From positions 115,894 to 179,893 of the forward strand of contig RHPI01001921.1 in NCBI GenBank assembly GCA_009103225.1: DNA of 64,000 nucleotides, given 5' to 3'. Below are positions 59,611 to 64,000 of the stretch, one piece after another. The position numbers were made by a program, and so were the translations under genes. This stretch comes from Chlorokybus atmophyticus (lineage: Eukaryota > Plantae > Mesostigma and Chlorokybus algae). Position 1 is the stretch's first letter, and each line of letters starts with the position of its first letter. The notes below the pieces were generated by a model. It was not told the origin of the DNA, did no database searches, and saw only the letters and a list, made by a program, of their open reading frames with translations.

Positions 59611-62600
59611 CATGGTGCGACCTCCAGCGTTCACCATGGTTGTTCTTGTCATGCTGGTGCTACTCATTCGTCAGTGGTCTGTAACCCGAGCCCGGTTGAT
59701 GAGAAGAGCTGCTCGTTTGCGACGGCGCATGCGTGTAGAGCGTCGGAATGCATCCATGCGCATGTATCTTATGCTGGCTTTGCAGCGTCGCAGTTTGCAA
59801 GCAGGCAACTGGGGCTATGTGTTCCCAAGGTCTACAGCTTGAATTGACAATTCTGTGACATTCTTTTGGCCAAATGAGATGTGGGTTAGACATTAAATAT
59901 TTTTGCATGAAACGAAGTACTTTTGATAGAGTATGCGAGTTAGTCAATTCGGTTGCTGCTGCAGACACAAATGCTAGACTCGCAATACCATTACGCAAGC
60001 GGGTTGGTATAGCAGTGTATAGATTAGCGCATGGGACCAAATATGTGACTATCTCTGAGTTGTCGAGAGTTAGCGCTGTGCATGGAATCTTTATTGCATT
60101 TTGTCACCGGATTAAAAGAAGTAGCTAGCCAGCATGTGTATTGGCCTACGGAGCGTCAGTTGCGACGAGTCATCATGAAGTTTGAGCATGAGAAGGGCTT
60201 CATTGGGTGTGCTGGAGCAATTGACTGCAGCCATGTTCGCATCACCAAGCCCAGGATTGAGCGTCCCGCCGACTATTGGAGCCGAAAAGGCTTTTACAGC
60301 CTTATTATGCAGGCATGTGTTGCTTGTGCATGCGTATCATTAATTTGTATCAAATGATCTGAGAGCACGCATTGATGGTTGCCTTTTGGTTGTAGGCCAT
60401 TGTTGATTCTGATGCCCGATTTCTCGACATCAACCTAGGTTCCCAGGTAGTGTGCACGACACACGCATTTGGCGCAACTCTGGGTTTTACGCACGGGTAC
60501 AGCTCGGGAATTTGATGCAAGCACCTACTATGGAGTTACCAATGGGAGATACTATCAAGCCTGATCTATTGGGTCAGTCTAGCAGCATACCCATTTCTAT
60601 AATGCATTCAATACGCCTCTCACCTGCCCCGCATGCAGGTGATGCGGGCTACCCCAACTCGGAGCACATAGTTGCGCCATATCCTTGCGTGCGAGGCAAT
60701 CACGCCATGCCAGAGTTCAAGCATATCTTCAACTTCAAGCATAGTTCAGCACGCATGTGTGTCGAGCACGCATTCGGGGTATCTAAAAAGAGATGGACAC
60801 TACTAGCTGGAGAGATCACAAATGGCTTGCAACATGTGGCCACAATAGTTGTAGCAGGCGTTGTGCTGCACAACTTCCTAATTGAGTGCAAAGAAGACAT
60901 GCCCGAGGTGGATGTGTTTGAAGGCAACGACGACAATACGGACATGGACATGGACATGGAGGATGAGTTGGGTGCACAAGACATCCGTGACAGACTATCA
61001 CGACTGTGTGATATATGGCAATAGCTATGACACTAGCTTGCAGGGCGCAATACGGCGGCCAAAGCACCAATACAACGCTCTAGTGAGGCATTGGACTTGT
61101 CAGCTTGCTCGCCCATCCACTTGAGCTCTTCTTGCTGCATTTCTCGATGTGCTTATAAACGCTCGTGCTCCATGTCCAGCGTCATATTGGTGTTGTGATT
61201 GAATGCCGCCACCACGGCATCGGAAGCAGCTGCGCCCCTACGCCTGCGACCGCTAGACTTGTCCGTGGCTGGTGCTTTATCTGGGTCTGTCAAGGCAGTC
61301 ACTTATAAGGCACATTATAAGCATTTTAGCAATCCCATGCATGCATACACATTATCACACCTGTGTCTGCCTCCGGACTAAAAGAGTCCCACGCGTTCTG
61401 CGGGTCTGCTGCATGCAAGTTCTTCCTGCCATTCCACAATGCATCATACAGAGGAGCGCTGTTCATTAGCAGCATCGGCTTCATGTTGGCAGCCTTCTTC
61501 TCTTCTAGTAACATGCGAAAATTAATCTTTATTCCCACTTAAGTTGATAAAGTCACGCACTTCACTAAACTGACTTTTTACAGCCTTCCACCTGCATGGC
61601 ACCGCCAATACGCAGTCTGATGGGTGTGAGCATGGGCATGGTGACTGATGTGTGCTGCCTATTGTGAGTAAGCGTGTGCATGCTGACTGATGGCTTTGTC
61701 ATGTGTGACTGAACGTGTGCGTGCACATGCGCGTACGCACGCGCATGCGCGTGCTGGTCGTACATGGACACAAGCGATGGACTGATGTGTGCTGGCTGTT
61801 GTGAGTCAGCGTGTGCATGCTGACTGATGGCTTTGTCATGTGTGACTGAACGTGTGCGTGCACATGCGCGTACGCATGAGCATGCGCACGCGCATGCGCG
61901 TGCTGGTCGTACATGGACACAAGCGATGGACTGATGTGTGCTGGCTGTTGTGAGTCAGCGTGTGCATGCTGACTGATGACTTTATCATGTGTGACTGAAC
62001 GTGTCCGTGCACATGCGCGTACGCATGAGCATGCGCACGCGCATGCGCCTGCTGGTTGTACATGGACACAAGCGATGGATTGATGTGTGCTAGCTGTTGT
62101 GAGTCAACGTGTGCATGCTGACTGATGACTTTATCCTGTGTGCGTGCGCGCGTGCTGGTCGTACATGGACACATGTGATAGCTTGCGCGTATGCTGCTGT
62201 TCATGCATGTGCCTATGCATGTTGGCAGGTGCAAGTGAAGGTGTGCATGATAATCGATCAGCGCATGTGTGACTGCATGCTTTCCTTGCGCGTGTGCATG
62301 CGCAAGCACGCACACGCGGACGTGCATGTGATGGCTGCCAGGTGTGCTACTATCTCACTACGCACCTGTTTTTGCATTATGGCAGCATTCTTATCCACTC
62401 CACATCTTGTTCGTGACACATCGCAAAGACTTCAATCCACTTTTGGGGCTGAGACTTCGTTTGCTGATAGATGCCCCCTTCCAGTGTCTTCTGGTCCATC
62501 ATGTTCCACGCCTCAATCAAAGCCATGGTCTCCCCAACGCTCCACTCAAGGTCTCTACCTCGCGTGTGACGGTGCTCGTGCCTTGTCACCTGCGAGCTGG

Positions 62601-62830
62601 TCCAATCAACAACCCTCTCACCAAGGCACGGTTTTCACACCGGAACCTTGCCCCCTCTGCCAAGCACACACGCGCGCCCCGCCACTCGCGTACGCACGCG
62701 CACGCGCTCGAAGCTACACACCGACTTGTGTAGCGCCTTGGATCGTCACACAAGCAAGCACACACGTGTGGACATACGCTACCAACCCTTGCTAACCACC
62801 ACCAGGCTTGCACACAAGAAACTAGGGAGC
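59611..62830. mobile_element. Decayed PIF/Harbinger transposon: DDE nuclease (+, ~59611-61024) and convergent Myb/SANT-like gene (-, ~61100-62700)
   Basis: Nuclease motifs GAIDCSHVRI, GSVHDTRIW, GDAGYP and ARMCVEHAFGVSKKRW. The minus strand gives WSVGETMALIEAW..KWIEV..|RWKAVKSQF (trihelix). Both genes contain stops or frameshifts; TIRs were not identified. Confidence 0.88.
61643..62175. repeat. Minisatellite of ~4 units of 137-149 bp in an intron of the Harbinger Myb gene
   Basis: GACTGATGTGTGCTGGCTGTTGTGAGTCAGCG.. units start near 61643, 61780, 61929 and 62078. Confidence 0.9.
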
Positions 62831-62837
62831 TAAAGGT

Positions 62838-64000
62838 TGTATTGCAAATTGTCAAATGTCACTTTTATACCTACCAGTCTGCACATGCTACTATCTAGAC
62901 GATTCTAGCGCTAGACGGAACTAGAAGCTAAGATATTCTTGCAGAATCTTGTAGTACACTTCTAGACCTTTCCGACGCAACAAAGTCTGCTCATATGGTC
63001 AAGTTGTACTACTTGGCGCCAGGCCCTTCCAGAAATCTGGTCGAGCCCTTCTCGACTGGCCCTCCGTTTTCTGGCGTCTTGAAGACTGACCCTGGGCCGG
63101 TCGATATCTGCGGCAGACTCGCAACTCGTCGATATCCGCCACAAGTTATGAAAAACATGAAACCTCACAAATAAGGCCTAACATGGCCATGGAAATCGCA
63201 AATTTGGTCTTTACTATTACACTCCTCCCCCCCTATGTGAGCTTCGTCCTCGAAGCTCGCGAGGTTGTCGTCGAGCAAGATAGTCACGCACAGCGTCTCG
63301 AGCATTAGCCAAGTGTGCCTCTGGCTCCCAGGTTGCTTCATGCAATTGACAGCCCTTCCATTGCACTAAGAACTTGCGCACGCCATGCACAAACTTCTCA
63401 CCAAGGATGTCTGCTACCTCCCACTCTGGTTCACCATGCCAACTTCGGGGGGTAGCCTTTCTGGCGGTTGTCCTCGATATGTCTTCAGAAAAGAGACGTG
63501 AAAAACGGGGTACACACGCATGGTGTCGGGTAGCTCCAGCTTGTATGCCACGTCCTAGATAACTTTACTGACTTTAAATGGTCCCAACCAGCGTTCATTC
63601 AGCTTGCGAACTCCCACACGCACGTGTACATGCTTTGCGGAGAGTAACACAATGTCGCCTTCTTGAAATGTGAGGTGTTGGCGATGCGCGTCCGCATACT
63701 GCTTCTGCCTGTTTTGTGCCATTAATAGCGCCTCCCTAGCTGCCTTATTAATGTCCGCGCACTTTGTGAGGAGGTCAATTGCTGCCTCCACACACATGTC
63801 ATGTCGTCGCGGTGTCCATGCCGTCAATGGTGTCAATGGATGTTGCCCGTAGTTCATAAGAAAGGGAGTGACACTTGTGCCTGCATTGTGGTGGTTGTTA
63901 ATCGCAAACTCCGCCAATTTAAGCAGCTCCGCCCAATTGTCTTATCGCGCGTTAACCTAGCAACGCAGCATGTCGTCGATTACACGGTTGGCCCGCTCCA
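62838..64000 (-). mobile_element. Ty3/gypsy chromovirus 3' end: integrase C-terminus, chromodomain, PPT and 3' LTR (~62838-63221)
   Basis: AEFAINN..TPFLMNYGQHP..AQNRQKQYAD..F.EGDIVLL..KLNERWLGPFKV; chromodomain FLVQWKG..ATWEPEAHL; PPT GGGGGGAGGAG directly before the LTR start TGTAATA at 63221. The left LTR end TGTATTG at 62838 is inferred. Confidence 0.88.

Overview
Eukaryotic nuclear DNA with intron-rich genes, (CA/TG)n-rich introns, four N-gaps and one poly-C artefact. An RLK/Pelle kinase and an LFR orthologue (streptophyte traits) occur with two cilium-associated genes (ODF3/SHIPPO-like, XRRA1-like), suggesting a flagellate streptophyte alga (inference). Host genes in order: a kinase with two LOV-like PAS domains and a CAMK/SnRK-like catalytic domain (+), an ODF3-like protein (+), VPS60/CHMP5 (-), an ALE2/extensin-class receptor kinase (+), an XRRA1-like LRR protein (-), LFR (+), a plastid-targeted S1 protein with long tandem repeats (+), three small PB1-like copies, a damaged SGNH-type gene (-) and a purple acid phosphatase (-). 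One tRNA-Arg(CCG) and two degenerate tRNA-like sequences are present. Mobile DNA: a CryptonF-type tyrosine-recombinase gene with no lesions seen, a pogo/Tigger family (a deleted element plus MITEs), gag remnants, a decayed PIF/Harbinger and the 3' end of a chromodomain Ty3/gypsy element. Best leads are the LOV-LOV-CAMK kinase, the Crypton, duplicated alternative last exons of the ODF3-like gene, and the PB1 microprotein cluster. All gene models were spliced and translated by eye; no database searches were run.
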